Of a stretch of 64,000 bases of DNA, positions 52,174 to 61,230 are shown in pieces; position 1 is the stretch's first letter, and each line of letters starts with the position of its first letter. The position numbers and the translations under genes are program-made. Below the pieces are notes generated by a model, which saw nothing but the letters and a program-made list of their open reading frames with translations, did no database searches and was not told where the DNA came from. The stretch lies in the NCBI GenBank assembly GCA_965217995.1, contig CBDCKB010000004.1, forward strand, positions 2,123,729 through 2,187,728, in the 5' to 3' direction. The DNA comes from Rhodobacterales bacterium (GTDB lineage Bacteria > Pseudomonadota > Alphaproteobacteria > Rhodobacterales > CAZPXZ01).

Positions 52174-53448
52174 TCAGGTCTGGGAACGCGCGCCGGCAAC
52201 GACTTCCGCAATCAGCTTCTCATATTGGTCAACCGCCTTGTCCACAGAAAAAAATTCTGCGCGGCGCCGCAAAACCTCCCGCGGCAATGGGTTGTCCAGC
52301 GTTCGCTCGATCGCATCTGCCAATTCGTCGTCCTTGCCCACAGGAACCAGCTCGCCCCACCTGCCCCCCTCAAGAATTTCAGCAGGCCCGTAGGGGCAGT
52401 CAGTACTGACGACCGGACAGCCGCATGCCAGGGCCTCAATCAAAACATTGGGCAGCGCATCCTGCCGGGATGACAGCACAAACACGGCCGCTCGTGCCAT
52501 GTAGGAAAGGGGATCATTCACGCTCCCCGGCATCGAAACCTTGTCGTTCAGATCCAGCCGGTCAACCAGATTCTCGAGTCTCTGCCGCCATTTGCCATCG
52601 CCGAGAATCAGCAACCGAACCGATCGACGCTCGGACAAGCGTCCGAAAGCACGGATAAGTGAAGCGAAACCTTTTTTCCGCAAAAATGCGCCCGCAGCCA
52701 GGACAATCGGAGGGCCGGGATCATGGATCCACGGATGATCGGGGGAGGCAAGACAAGATTTTGGAATTTCGTCAGAATACACAGGATTGTAGATGGTGGA
52801 AACGTTTGACTCATCGATAGATGGCAGATTGGCCAGGCTTTTTCCCAGGCCCTGCGATACCGCAACCAGGTGGTTGGCATGTGGAAGCAGAAGCCGATAC
52901 TTTGAACGAGGCTTCCAGGAGGATCGCAGAGCACTATGTATGGCTGTAATTAATGCCGGAGGACTGGAAACAAAATGTCCGGCAGAAAGTGTTGCATATT
53001 CGGAGTTGGGTGCTGAGGTAAGAATGCAGTTGGGTTTCTCCTGTCTTATGTAGGCAAGCATGGCAAGTGTTCGTCGGACATCCTCAAACAAATGTACCGC
53101 CCGCGGATCCCACTTGCAGAGCTGCAAAATTTTCAACCACATCTTCCACCGGGCAAGCCATGTTGGCGATTCAATATCAAGGAACAATACCCTGTTCCGA
53201 AATTCAACAGGAACGGAGCACTTCGCCTGATCGTCGCCCTGTTCCAGAGAAACCAGCCGCACCGAAGGAGAAAGGCGCTCCGGACGCCCGATCTGCAATG
53301 AGAACATCACAACGTCGACCTGGTGCCCTCTATCGGCCAGCGCCGTGGCAAGCTGCATCACGATAGGCACTACCCCCCCGCCCGTGCGCAGACTCGGAAT
53401 GGCCAATGCTATATGCATCGGCGGAGTGTTACCGGAAGTATCCATCAA
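52174..53448 (-). CDS. GT4-family glycosyltransferase, paralog 1
   Basis: ..GGGVVPIVMQLATALADRGH..; C-terminal EALACGCPVVSTD. Confidence 0.85.
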   Translation of the reverse strand: MMDTSGNTPPMHIALAIPSLRTGGGVVPIVMQLATALADRGHQVDVVMFSLQIGRPERLSPSVRLVSLEQGDDQAKCSVPVEFRNRVLFLDIESPTWLARWKMWLKILQLCKWDPRAVHLFEDVRRTLAMLAYIRQEKPNCILTSAPNSEYATLSAGHFVSSPPALITAIHSALRSSWKPRSKYRLLLPHANHLVAVSQGLGKSLANLPSIDESNVSTIYNPVYSDEIPKSCLASPDHPWIHDPGPPIVLAAGAFLRKKGFASLIRAFGRLSERRSVRLLILGDGKWRQRLENLVDRLDLNDKVSMPGSVNDPLSYMARAAVFVLSSRQDALPNVLIEALACGCPVVSTDCPYGPAEILEGGRWGELVPVGKDDELADAIERTLDNPLPREVLRRRAEFFSVDKAVDQYEKLIAEVVAGARSQT

Positions 53449-53561
53449 ATTCTTTCAGTTGCAAAATTTATTATATACTCACCAACCAGGAAAGGGGTAT
53501 ACATGATACACGCGACTCTCCCATATCTTAATGCATCATGAATCTAGTTGCAACATCAATT

Positions 53562-54830
53562 CTAAGATCGTGCACTACCAACGACCTCTGCAATCAATTT
53601 CTCATATTGGTCAACTGCTTTGTCCACAGAAAAGAATTCTGCGCGGCGGCGTAGAACATCCCTCGGCAATGGGTTGTCTAGCACTCGCTCGATCGCATCT
53701 GCCAACTCGCCATCCTTGCCCACAGGAACCAGCTCACCCCATTTCCCCCCTTCAAGAATTTCAGATGGACCGTAGGGACAGTCGGTACTGACGACCGGAC
53801 AGCCACATGCTAGAGCCTCGATCAACACATTACCCAATCCCTCCCGCCGGGATGACAGCACAAACACAGCCGCTCGTGCCATGTAGGAAAGGGGATCGTT
53901 CACTCTTCCCGGCATCGAAACGCTGTCGCTTAGATCCAGCCTATGAATTAAAGCTTCGTATCGTTTCCGCCACCTACCCTCGCCAAGAATCAGCAACCGA
54001 ACCGATCGATGCTCTGACAACCGCCGGAAAGCACGAAGAAGGGTGGGAAAATCCTTGTCCTTCGAAAATCGACCGGCGGCAAGGACAACCGGTGGACCGT
54101 CGTCATGCATCCACGGATGAGCCGGGGAGGAGATCAAAGCAAGATTAGACATTTCAGCAGAATGCACAGGATTGTAAATGGCGGAAACCTTCGATTTATG
54201 GATGCCCAGCACATCAACCACTTCAGCCGCCACCCCTTGCGATACCGTAACCAAGTGGTCGGCATGTGGAAACAAGAGCCAATGCTTCGCGCGGGCTTTC
54301 AGATAGGGTCTCATCTTAAAGTGAACTATTGGAACAATGGGAGGGGAGTTAGGAGCAAGGCGAGCGGCTAGAAGCATCGCATTCTTGGATGGAGGTATCG
54401 ATGGAAGAATACAGTCTGGCTGCTTCTGCCTTATGTAGGCAAGCGAGGCAATGGTTGATCGGACATCACCAAACAAATACATAGCAAGTGGATTCCAATT
54501 GTAGATTTTTAGAATTTTCAACCCAATCTTCCATCTAACGATCCATGCAGGTGATTCAGTATCCAAGGGTGAAAAATTTCCCTGAAATTCAACAGGCAGC
54601 AAGCACCTCGCTTGATCACTGCTCCTATCCAGAACAAACAATCGAACAGAGGGAGGAAAAGATTCTGAATATCCAATTTGTGGCGAAAGCATCACAATAT
54701 CGACCCGATGACCTCTATCGGCCAACCCCCGGGCAAGGCGCATCACGACAGGCTCCACCCCACCACCAGCCGCCAAATTTGGCACGCCAAAAGCTATATG
54801 CGTCGGCAAAACCTTGACTGGTGTGCCCAT
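53562..54830 (-). CDS. GT4-family glycosyltransferase, paralog 2
   Basis: C-terminal third nearly identical to paralog 1 (..NDPLSYMARAAVFVLSS..FFSVDKAVDQYEKLIAEVV). Confidence 0.85.
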   Translation of the reverse strand: MGTPVKVLPTHIAFGVPNLAAGGGVEPVVMRLARGLADRGHRVDIVMLSPQIGYSESFPPSVRLFVLDRSSDQARCLLPVEFQGNFSPLDTESPAWIVRWKIGLKILKIYNWNPLAMYLFGDVRSTIASLAYIRQKQPDCILPSIPPSKNAMLLAARLAPNSPPIVPIVHFKMRPYLKARAKHWLLFPHADHLVTVSQGVAAEVVDVLGIHKSKVSAIYNPVHSAEMSNLALISSPAHPWMHDDGPPVVLAAGRFSKDKDFPTLLRAFRRLSEHRSVRLLILGEGRWRKRYEALIHRLDLSDSVSMPGRVNDPLSYMARAAVFVLSSRREGLGNVLIEALACGCPVVSTDCPYGPSEILEGGKWGELVPVGKDGELADAIERVLDNPLPRDVLRRRAEFFSVDKAVDQYEKLIAEVVGSARS

Positions 54831-54938
54831 GAAGCGCTACTCCAACGACGAAGCCCAATCATGCCCCCGCATCGACGAATGGCACGTATGGCTATTCTTT
54901 ATACTCTAATTGGGCACCTATTGTATGTCAAATTGAAT

Positions 54939-56216
54939 CTAGAGGCGCGCTTTGTTGACGACTTCCACAATCAATTTCTCATATCGGTCAACTGCATTAT
55001 CTACAGAAAAGAATTTGGCCCGATCTTGCAAAACTCCCCGTGGCAACGGGCTGTCGAGCGTTCGCCCGATCGCCTCTGCCAGCTCGATATCCTTGCCCAC
55101 GGAAACAAGCTCACCCCACCTTCCTTCTTCAAGAATTTCAGCCGGGCCGTACGGACAATCGGTGCTGACGACCGGGCAACCACAGGCCAAAGCCTCGATC
55201 AAAACGGTGGGCAGGCCTTCACGCCGAGATGACAGCACAAACACTGCCGCCCTTGCCATGTAGGACAGAGGATCATCCACCCTACCTGGTAGCGACACCA
55301 TGCTGCCCAGGCCAAGTTTGTCAATCATGTTCTCCAAATTTTTCCTTTGCCGACCATCGCCCAGAATCACCAACCGCAGTTGGCGGTGATCTGCCAAATG
55401 TCGGAAAGCTCGAAGAAGAGTGGGGAGGTCTTTTTGCTTTGAAAGGCGTCCAGCTGCCAGAACAATCGGTGGACCTCCGTCATTCATCCATGGATGGCTC
55501 GGAGGTTTCAATGCAATCTTCGACATTTCGTCAGAATAGACGGGGTTATAAATGGTAGAAACTTTCGACTCATGAACATTGGGCAACATGGTCAAACTGG
55601 CCGCAAGACCTTGCGATACCGCAACCAAATGAGAGGCATGTGGAAACAACAGTCGGTACTTTGCACGGGTTGCTCGATAGGGCCGCAACTTAAGATGAAC
55701 TATCGGAATAATGGGAGGAGAACCAGGAATCAAGCGAGCCGCATGAAGCATCCCTATTTTTGATTTTGGTAGTGATGGAAGTATGCAATCTGGCATTTCT
55801 TGTTTTATATAGGAGCCCATATCCATTATCCGTCGAACATCCTCAAGGCAAAGCAGAGCACGTGGATGATATCTGTGCATGCTCATAATTCTTGCGCCAA
55901 CCTTCCACCGGGTACCCCTTGTTGAGGGTAGCTTGTTGAGTGGAAAAAATTTATCCTGAAATTCAACCGGCAGGATGCGCTTTGCTCGATCACTATCCCC
56001 ATCCAAAACAAACAACCGAACAGAAGAAGGAAGAAATTCCGAATACCCAATTTGCGGTGTAAGCATCACGATATCTACTCGATGCCCCCGAGTGGCTAAC
56101 CCCCTAGCAAGACGCATCACGACGGGCTCTGCCCCGCCACCCGCCAAGTTCGGAATTGCCAATGCGATGTGCAGTGGTCCTTGCTCGATGGGAACACTCA
56201 TCCGATCCAACTCCAA
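54939..56216 (-). CDS. GT4-family glycosyltransferase, paralog 3
   Basis: Same architecture; ..DDPLSYMARAAVFVLSS..EALACGCPVVSTD.. Confidence 0.85.
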   Translation of the reverse strand: MELDRMSVPIEQGPLHIALAIPNLAGGGAEPVVMRLARGLATRGHRVDIVMLTPQIGYSEFLPSSVRLFVLDGDSDRAKRILPVEFQDKFFPLNKLPSTRGTRWKVGARIMSMHRYHPRALLCLEDVRRIMDMGSYIKQEMPDCILPSLPKSKIGMLHAARLIPGSPPIIPIVHLKLRPYRATRAKYRLLFPHASHLVAVSQGLAASLTMLPNVHESKVSTIYNPVYSDEMSKIALKPPSHPWMNDGGPPIVLAAGRLSKQKDLPTLLRAFRHLADHRQLRLVILGDGRQRKNLENMIDKLGLGSMVSLPGRVDDPLSYMARAAVFVLSSRREGLPTVLIEALACGCPVVSTDCPYGPAEILEEGRWGELVSVGKDIELAEAIGRTLDSPLPRGVLQDRAKFFSVDNAVDRYEKLIVEVVNKARL

Positions 56217-56527
56217 TTCCCGGCACTCATGACGGCGCCTCTAGCCTTGACGCCAAGCACGTTGCAGCGGCAATCGGCCCGATTCAAGTGTTCCTTCATA
56301 CTTTTCCATGTTCGGTTCATTGAAATTTTCATATAACAAATTGCGCTATGCCCTGATACAGATAGCACATGTGCGTAGCCTGTGAGAACTGCGCTATGTG
56401 CTGATAAAAATTCGGCACAGAAAGAGCTCCTAACGCACAATCCTAATTGCATTTTCGGCAATCAAAACTTTGGGCGATTTACCGATTTTCTACCACGACT
56501 CAGCAACAGCTTCAATTGATTCCAGTA

Positions 56528-57292
56528 TTACAATTCTTGCGGCACGAACGCAACAGTATCAACACGCTTTCTGGCTATACGCCACCCCTTTTCCTTCATG
56601 CCTTCAACAGCCTGCTCAATCAGTTCTTTGCCCACTATGCCTGGATGCATCTCGACGATGACAACTCGCACTCCCTCTAGGTCGGCCACTGGCAATAGCT
56701 CCACCTCCCCTCCTTCCACATCCATGATAATAGCCGTCGGGCGGTGTCTGTCAATCAGGTCGTTTATCATGACACTCTGGACAATAATTTCGTCACCCAT
56801 ACGACCTCGCACGAAGGCACTAGAAGCAACCCAATCTTCTTGTTGTCGAAAAAAAGTTAAATCTCGCCCGTCTGATGTGACGGCACACATTACCAAGTTT
56901 GGTTCCCACTTATTCAATTGGTAATTTTTCCGAATTATCGGCTCCAGATACGGATTGGCTTCACAGGAGAGTACATTCCCTTCGCCACAAATCCCCGTGG
57001 CCACTAGCCCAACAAGGCCAATCCCTGCCCCAATATCCAATACACGATCCCGAGAATGCAATGTGACTTGAGCCAAAAGTACTTCAGTTCTTTCGTATTT
57101 GTCGTCAAACAATCCCATGCGAATCGACTCTGGAATATCACTGCGTGCAGTCCAAATTTTTATGCCAAAACTAGTTGTTATATAATCAGCATCCAGCCAG
57201 TGCCGCAATAATGCCTTCGGCGGTGTTGATACCGACCTCCATAGGCGTCTGCCTTGCTGGCTTAGAGTGTACCGACCCGTATCACATCCCAT
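56528..57292 (-). CDS. FkbM-family SAM-dependent methyltransferase, copy 1 (start at the ATG shared in-frame with copy 2)
   Basis: ..VLDIGAGIGLVG..CEANP..; upstream of MGCDTG the two copies fall out of frame with each other. Confidence 0.75.
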   Translation of the reverse strand: MGCDTGRYTLSQQGRRLWRSVSTPPKALLRHWLDADYITTSFGIKIWTARSDIPESIRMGLFDDKYERTEVLLAQVTLHSRDRVLDIGAGIGLVGLVATGICGEGNVLSCEANPYLEPIIRKNYQLNKWEPNLVMCAVTSDGRDLTFFRQQEDWVASSAFVRGRMGDEIIVQSVMINDLIDRHRPTAIIMDVEGGEVELLPVADLEGVRVVIVEMHPGIVGKELIEQAVEGMKEKGWRIARKRVDTVAFVPQEL

Positions 57293-57599
57293 TGCGTTGC
57301 TCCTGGATACTCCCTCAATACACACGAGAACACTAGACAAACAGCCGCATCCAATAATTTTTGCCCAACCATCCGAAGTGCCCGTAGGAGCCTCAAATCC
57401 GATCGAAGCACGCCGACGCGCTTGCTCGTTGAAGTGCCTACATGCTGTGGCATCAATCCATTCCGAGAAGGTGGGCTGCATGACAAGCCGGACCCGCGGG
57501 TGGGAAGTATAATGTGGGCACGATGGAAGTCAAGGCAGAGACAGCATTGCCTGCTGTTCCGGAAACAGATAGCATCAGGGTAAATTTTCGACCCAATCT
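56528..57599. repeat. ~1.07 kb duplicated segment (FkbM gene + upstream), copy 1; partner 59316..60400
   Basis: Similarity starts exactly at the stop codons (ttacaattcttgcggcacgaa) and ends at ..gacccaatct. Confidence 0.85.
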
Positions 57600-57878
57600 G
57601 CCCGCCTGCAAGAGCCATGATAACTGATCCCCCGGCATACCGAACAATGCATCATCGGATGAGTTGGTTGAAATTGCGGCAAGCCCGGAATATAAACTCG
57701 GATAACATTCCGCGGAGGAAATGAATATTGTGTCATTTCTGCAATGTGCATGGGTAACCAAGGCAAGCGAACAATTTCCTTCATGTTCTGCACCACCCCT
57801 TGCAATCTGCGCCGATCCGGCCAGCACGGCTGCTTCCGCTCCTAGTCAGCGTAGTAGCCGTCCGGGGAAAAATTCCAA

Positions 57879-58643
57879 ATGCGCAATATTGTAATCAACC
57901 TATCTAGAGCGCATGAGCGAAAACGTTCTATGGCCAAGCAATTTCGCTCTGCTGGAATGAGCTGTAAGTTTTTTGTAGCAACCGACTGGCAGGAATTGAC
58001 AGACCAGCAGCTGGCCCTCGTTGACCGGAATGGCCGCGTTTTGCATGGCCGACGGGAGCTCCGCTTGGGGCAGGTAGCCTGCTGGCTCAGCCACCGAAAA
58101 GTGCTGGAAGAATTTCTGCGCAGCGGGGAAGAACGCATCGGAGTGTTTGAAGACGATATCGTGTTTGCAAAAGACGCCAGAGACGTAATTGACTGTATCT
58201 CCCGAACCAATATCCCGTTTGATATCATATTCTTGCACAATGGGAAAGCCGCTGATCGGTTTGTAGCACTCCGAAAACTGTCAAGCACACACCATTTGGG
58301 AATTTTCCGGTTTCACGATTATGGAACCCAAGGTTACATCATTACCCGAAGTGGGGCCGAGAAATTTCTATCTAGCAATCCAAAAATCGTCCACCAGCTT
58401 GACCATTCCATGCACGCCTATTGGGAGAGCGACCTTTCTGTATACTCCCTGAATCCACCCACGGTCATCATTCCCCCTTCCCACTCCTACCTGCACGAAT
58501 CACCCACGCCAAAACGTCGATATTCGGCCGTTTCCATTATGCACCGAATTCGATCCCTGGCAGTGGAGGAGATACAGCGTCGACGCGCATTCCAGCGGCG
58601 TCTGCTCGAACGAAATCTGCAGGACAACAGCAACGCGGGATAG
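57879..58643 (+). CDS. GT25-family glycosyltransferase (LOS/LPS core type), copy 1
   Basis: MRNIVINLSRAHERKRSM..VFEDD..GTQGYIITRSGAEKFL. Confidence 0.8.
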   Translation: MRNIVINLSRAHERKRSMAKQFRSAGMSCKFFVATDWQELTDQQLALVDRNGRVLHGRRELRLGQVACWLSHRKVLEEFLRSGEERIGVFEDDIVFAKDARDVIDCISRTNIPFDIIFLHNGKAADRFVALRKLSSTHHLGIFRFHDYGTQGYIITRSGAEKFLSSNPKIVHQLDHSMHAYWESDLSVYSLNPPTVIIPPSHSYLHESPTPKRRYSAVSIMHRIRSLAVEEIQRRRAFQRRLLERNLQDNSNAG

Positions 58644-58679
58644 AGCAGTTTCTGCTAGCTCACGCCAATTTCACCCCGC
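58641..58679 (+). repeat. 39-nt direct repeat, copy 1 (partner 60402..60440, 3 mismatches)
   Basis: tagagcagtttctgctagctcacgccaatttcaccccgc versus tagagcggttcctgctagctcacaccaatttcaccccgc. Confidence 0.9.
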
Positions 58680-58987
58680 CGGTAGACGGAGAGATGCCGA
58701 GTTTGGTAGCGGCCCGCTGACCGGCCATCGCTGGCGCCGCAAGGTTTCGATCCGGCGAATGACGTATTCCGGAACAGGATGGCGTAGCTTGTGCGGCTGG
58801 AAGAATCGGTCCCGCAGACCGGCGATACCTTCAGTGCGAAAGCGTGCAACCCATTTTGCGGCGGTCTTCGGGCTGACGCCAAAGACTGCGACCGCAACCC
58901 CCGGCGTTTGCCCATCTTCCAACACGCGGCGGCGCACCAGCACGGCTCGACTATGGGCATCAATCGTGCATTCTTATGAGCGTTCAT
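58655..58987 (-). mobile_element. IS481-family transposase remnant (N-terminal HTH part only, frameshifted, DDE domain absent)
   Basis: MNAHKNARL.. then in another frame LVRRRVLEDGQTPG..FGVSPKTAAKWVARFRTEGIAGLRDR..RIETLRRQRW. Confidence 0.7.
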
Positions 58988-59315
58988 TCGACCCTTCTGG
59001 GAGCTGGTTTGTTGCCAAACATCAGCCTCTCCAATCAGGGCCGAATGGACAACCTGCAGACAGATCACAGCTAGGCTGGTGTTGATTGTAATGCCAGGGT
59101 CGGATGGCAGTCAGATTACGACAGGGCTTTCTACTATGGTGGGTGGGTAAGATACCCGATGGACATCATTCCGCTACGTATGAGCTGCAAACAGGTTGTT
59201 TCATGCCCCCAGAGGAGCAACCTCGACAAGCACCCGGCATCGAGCTGAACCATCCATCCGAGCAACTTATCGGTTTGTCACAAGGACCCATCAGCAATTT
59301 TAACTTATTTCCGTG

Positions 59316-60080
59316 TTACAATTCTTGCGGCACGAATACAACAGTATTATAACTCTTTCTAGTCATACGCCACCCCCTTTCCTCCATGCCTTCAACAACC
59401 TGCTCAATCGATTCTTCGCCCATTATGCCTGGGTGCATCTCGACAATGACAGCGCGCACTCCCCTTAGGTCGGCCACGGGCAATAGCTCCACCTCCCCTC
59501 CTTCCACATCCATGATAATAACCGTCGGGTGGTGTCTCCCAATCAGGTCGTTTATCATGACACTTTGGACAATAATTTCGTTACCTTTGCGACCTTGCAC
59601 GAAGGCACTAGAAGCAACCCAATCCTCTGGTTCTTGAAAGAACGTTAGATCTCGCCCATCTGATGTGACGGCACACATTAGCAAGTTTGGTTTCCACTTA
59701 TTCAATCGGTAATTTTTCCGAATTATCGACTCCAGATCCGGATTGGCTTCACAGGAAAGTACATTCCCTTCGCCACAAATTCGCGTGGCCACCAGCCCAA
59801 CAAGGCCAATCCCTCCCCCGAGATCCAATACGCGATCCCAGGAATGCAATGTGACTTGAGTCAAAAGTACGTCAGCTCTTTCGTATTTGTCCTCAAACAA
59901 TGACATGCGAATCGACTCTGGAATATCGCTGTGCGCAGTGCAAATTTTTATGCCAAAGCTAGTTGTTATATAATCAGCATTCAGCCAGATCCGCAACAAT
60001 AACTTCGGCGGTCTTGTTACCGACCTCCATAGGCGTCTGCCTTGTTGTCTTAGAGTGTACCGACCCATATTGTATCCCAT
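59316..60080 (-). CDS. FkbM-family SAM-dependent methyltransferase, copy 2
   Basis: Same length as copy 1 from MGYNMGRYTL..; ..VLDLGGGIGLVG..CEANP.. Confidence 0.75.
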   Translation of the reverse strand: MGYNMGRYTLRQQGRRLWRSVTRPPKLLLRIWLNADYITTSFGIKICTAHSDIPESIRMSLFEDKYERADVLLTQVTLHSWDRVLDLGGGIGLVGLVATRICGEGNVLSCEANPDLESIIRKNYRLNKWKPNLLMCAVTSDGRDLTFFQEPEDWVASSAFVQGRKGNEIIVQSVMINDLIGRHHPTVIIMDVEGGEVELLPVADLRGVRAVIVEMHPGIMGEESIEQVVEGMEERGWRMTRKSYNTVVFVPQEL

Positions 60081-60415
60081 TGCGTTGCCCCTGAACACTT
60101 CCTCAATGCACGCAAAAGCACTGGACAAACAGTCGCATTGAATAATTTCTTGCCCAACCATTCGAAGGGCCCGTAGGAGTCTTAAATTCGATCGAAGCAC
60201 CGCCGACGCACGTGCTCGTTGGAGTGTTTACATGCTGTGGCATCAATCGATTCCGAGAAGGTGGACTACATGACAAGCCGGGCCCGCCGCGACTTGTAAT
60301 GTGGGAAGTATAATGTGGGCGTGATGGGAGTCAAGGCAGAGACAGCATTGCTTGCTATTCCGGAGACGCACAGCATCAAGGTAAATTTTTGACCCAATCT
60401 ATAGAGCGGTTCCTG

Positions 60416-61186
60416 CTAGCTCACACCAATTTCACCCCGCTGCAGTCTCCGGAAGGCGATCCGCTTCTGCACGGCCCGGATGGCGCCAGCCCGTGCGCGG
60501 CGCCAGAGAGGGGTGATATATCCCGAGCTCCGACGATGTAACCTCTTGCCGATCAGCCGTCCGCTTTCAATCTGGGAATCATCATCTCCCTCGTTGTACA
60601 CCACGGGCGGATCGACATAATACACGTTCAGGCCACTGTCCCAAAAACGGGAGATGGACTGATCGATATCCCACACCATGCGCGGAATGTGCTGAAGAAA
60701 ATGCCTGGCGGCCTCCCGCGTGATGACATATCCCTCGGATCCGTAATCTGCAAATTTCACGCGGCCCAGCGCATGCCCCGTGGGCAGACTGTGACAGGGG
60801 ATAAATTTCTTGGCGAAATTCCGCCTGTGCAGTATGACGATATCGAAAGGAACCGGCTTTTGCTCCAGCAGTGCCAGAACCTGCGCCAAATCGGGACGGA
60901 ACCGGGCATCGTCCTCAATGATCGCCAGCATGCGTTCTTCGCCCTCAAGCAGGTCCCGCATCGCCTCACGTTGAGACAGCCAATTGGCAATCGACGCATC
61001 CGGGAGCGGATAGAGCCCAAGGCGTTCGCGCTGCTCCCGGTCGACCTGTGCGTATTGTTCCTCGGTCATCTGCTTGCCGTTCACCGCGTCACGGATGCTG
61101 AATGACAGTCCTGCCGCAGCGAACTCCCGTTCCATGGCCTCCCGGCGCTCTGTCGCATGCGCAAGACTGATCAGAACAATTTTCAC
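60416..61186 (-). CDS. GT25-family glycosyltransferase, copy 2 (GTG start at VKIVLISL; the ATG at 61255 is an alternative)
   Basis: ..VLISLAHATERREAM..IIEDD..GSEGYVITREAARHFL; the last 7 codons lie inside the 39-nt repeat. Confidence 0.75.
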   Translation of the reverse strand: MKIVLISLAHATERREAMEREFAAAGLSFSIRDAVNGKQMTEEQYAQVDREQRERLGLYPLPDASIANWLSQREAMRDLLEGEERMLAIIEDDARFRPDLAQVLALLEQKPVPFDIVILHRRNFAKKFIPCHSLPTGHALGRVKFADYGSEGYVITREAARHFLQHIPRMVWDIDQSISRFWDSGLNVYYVDPPVVYNEGDDDSQIESGRLIGKRLHRRSSGYITPLWRRARAGAIRAVQKRIAFRRLQRGEIGVS

Positions 61187-61230
61187 ATCATTCTCCGCGA
61201 GCAGATTCTTCTGTGCGCGATCTACAACAG

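Noticed and set aside
57453-57827. 124-aa ORF between FkbM copy 1 and GT25 copy 1.
   Set aside because: No recognisable motifs. It partly overlaps the duplicated FkbM upstream segment in a frame not conserved in copy 2. It is probably non-coding or a gene fragment.
59104-59352. 82-aa ORF between the IS481 remnant and FkbM copy 2.
   Set aside because: No motif or RBS is evident, and it overlaps the FkbM 3' end. It is likely spurious.
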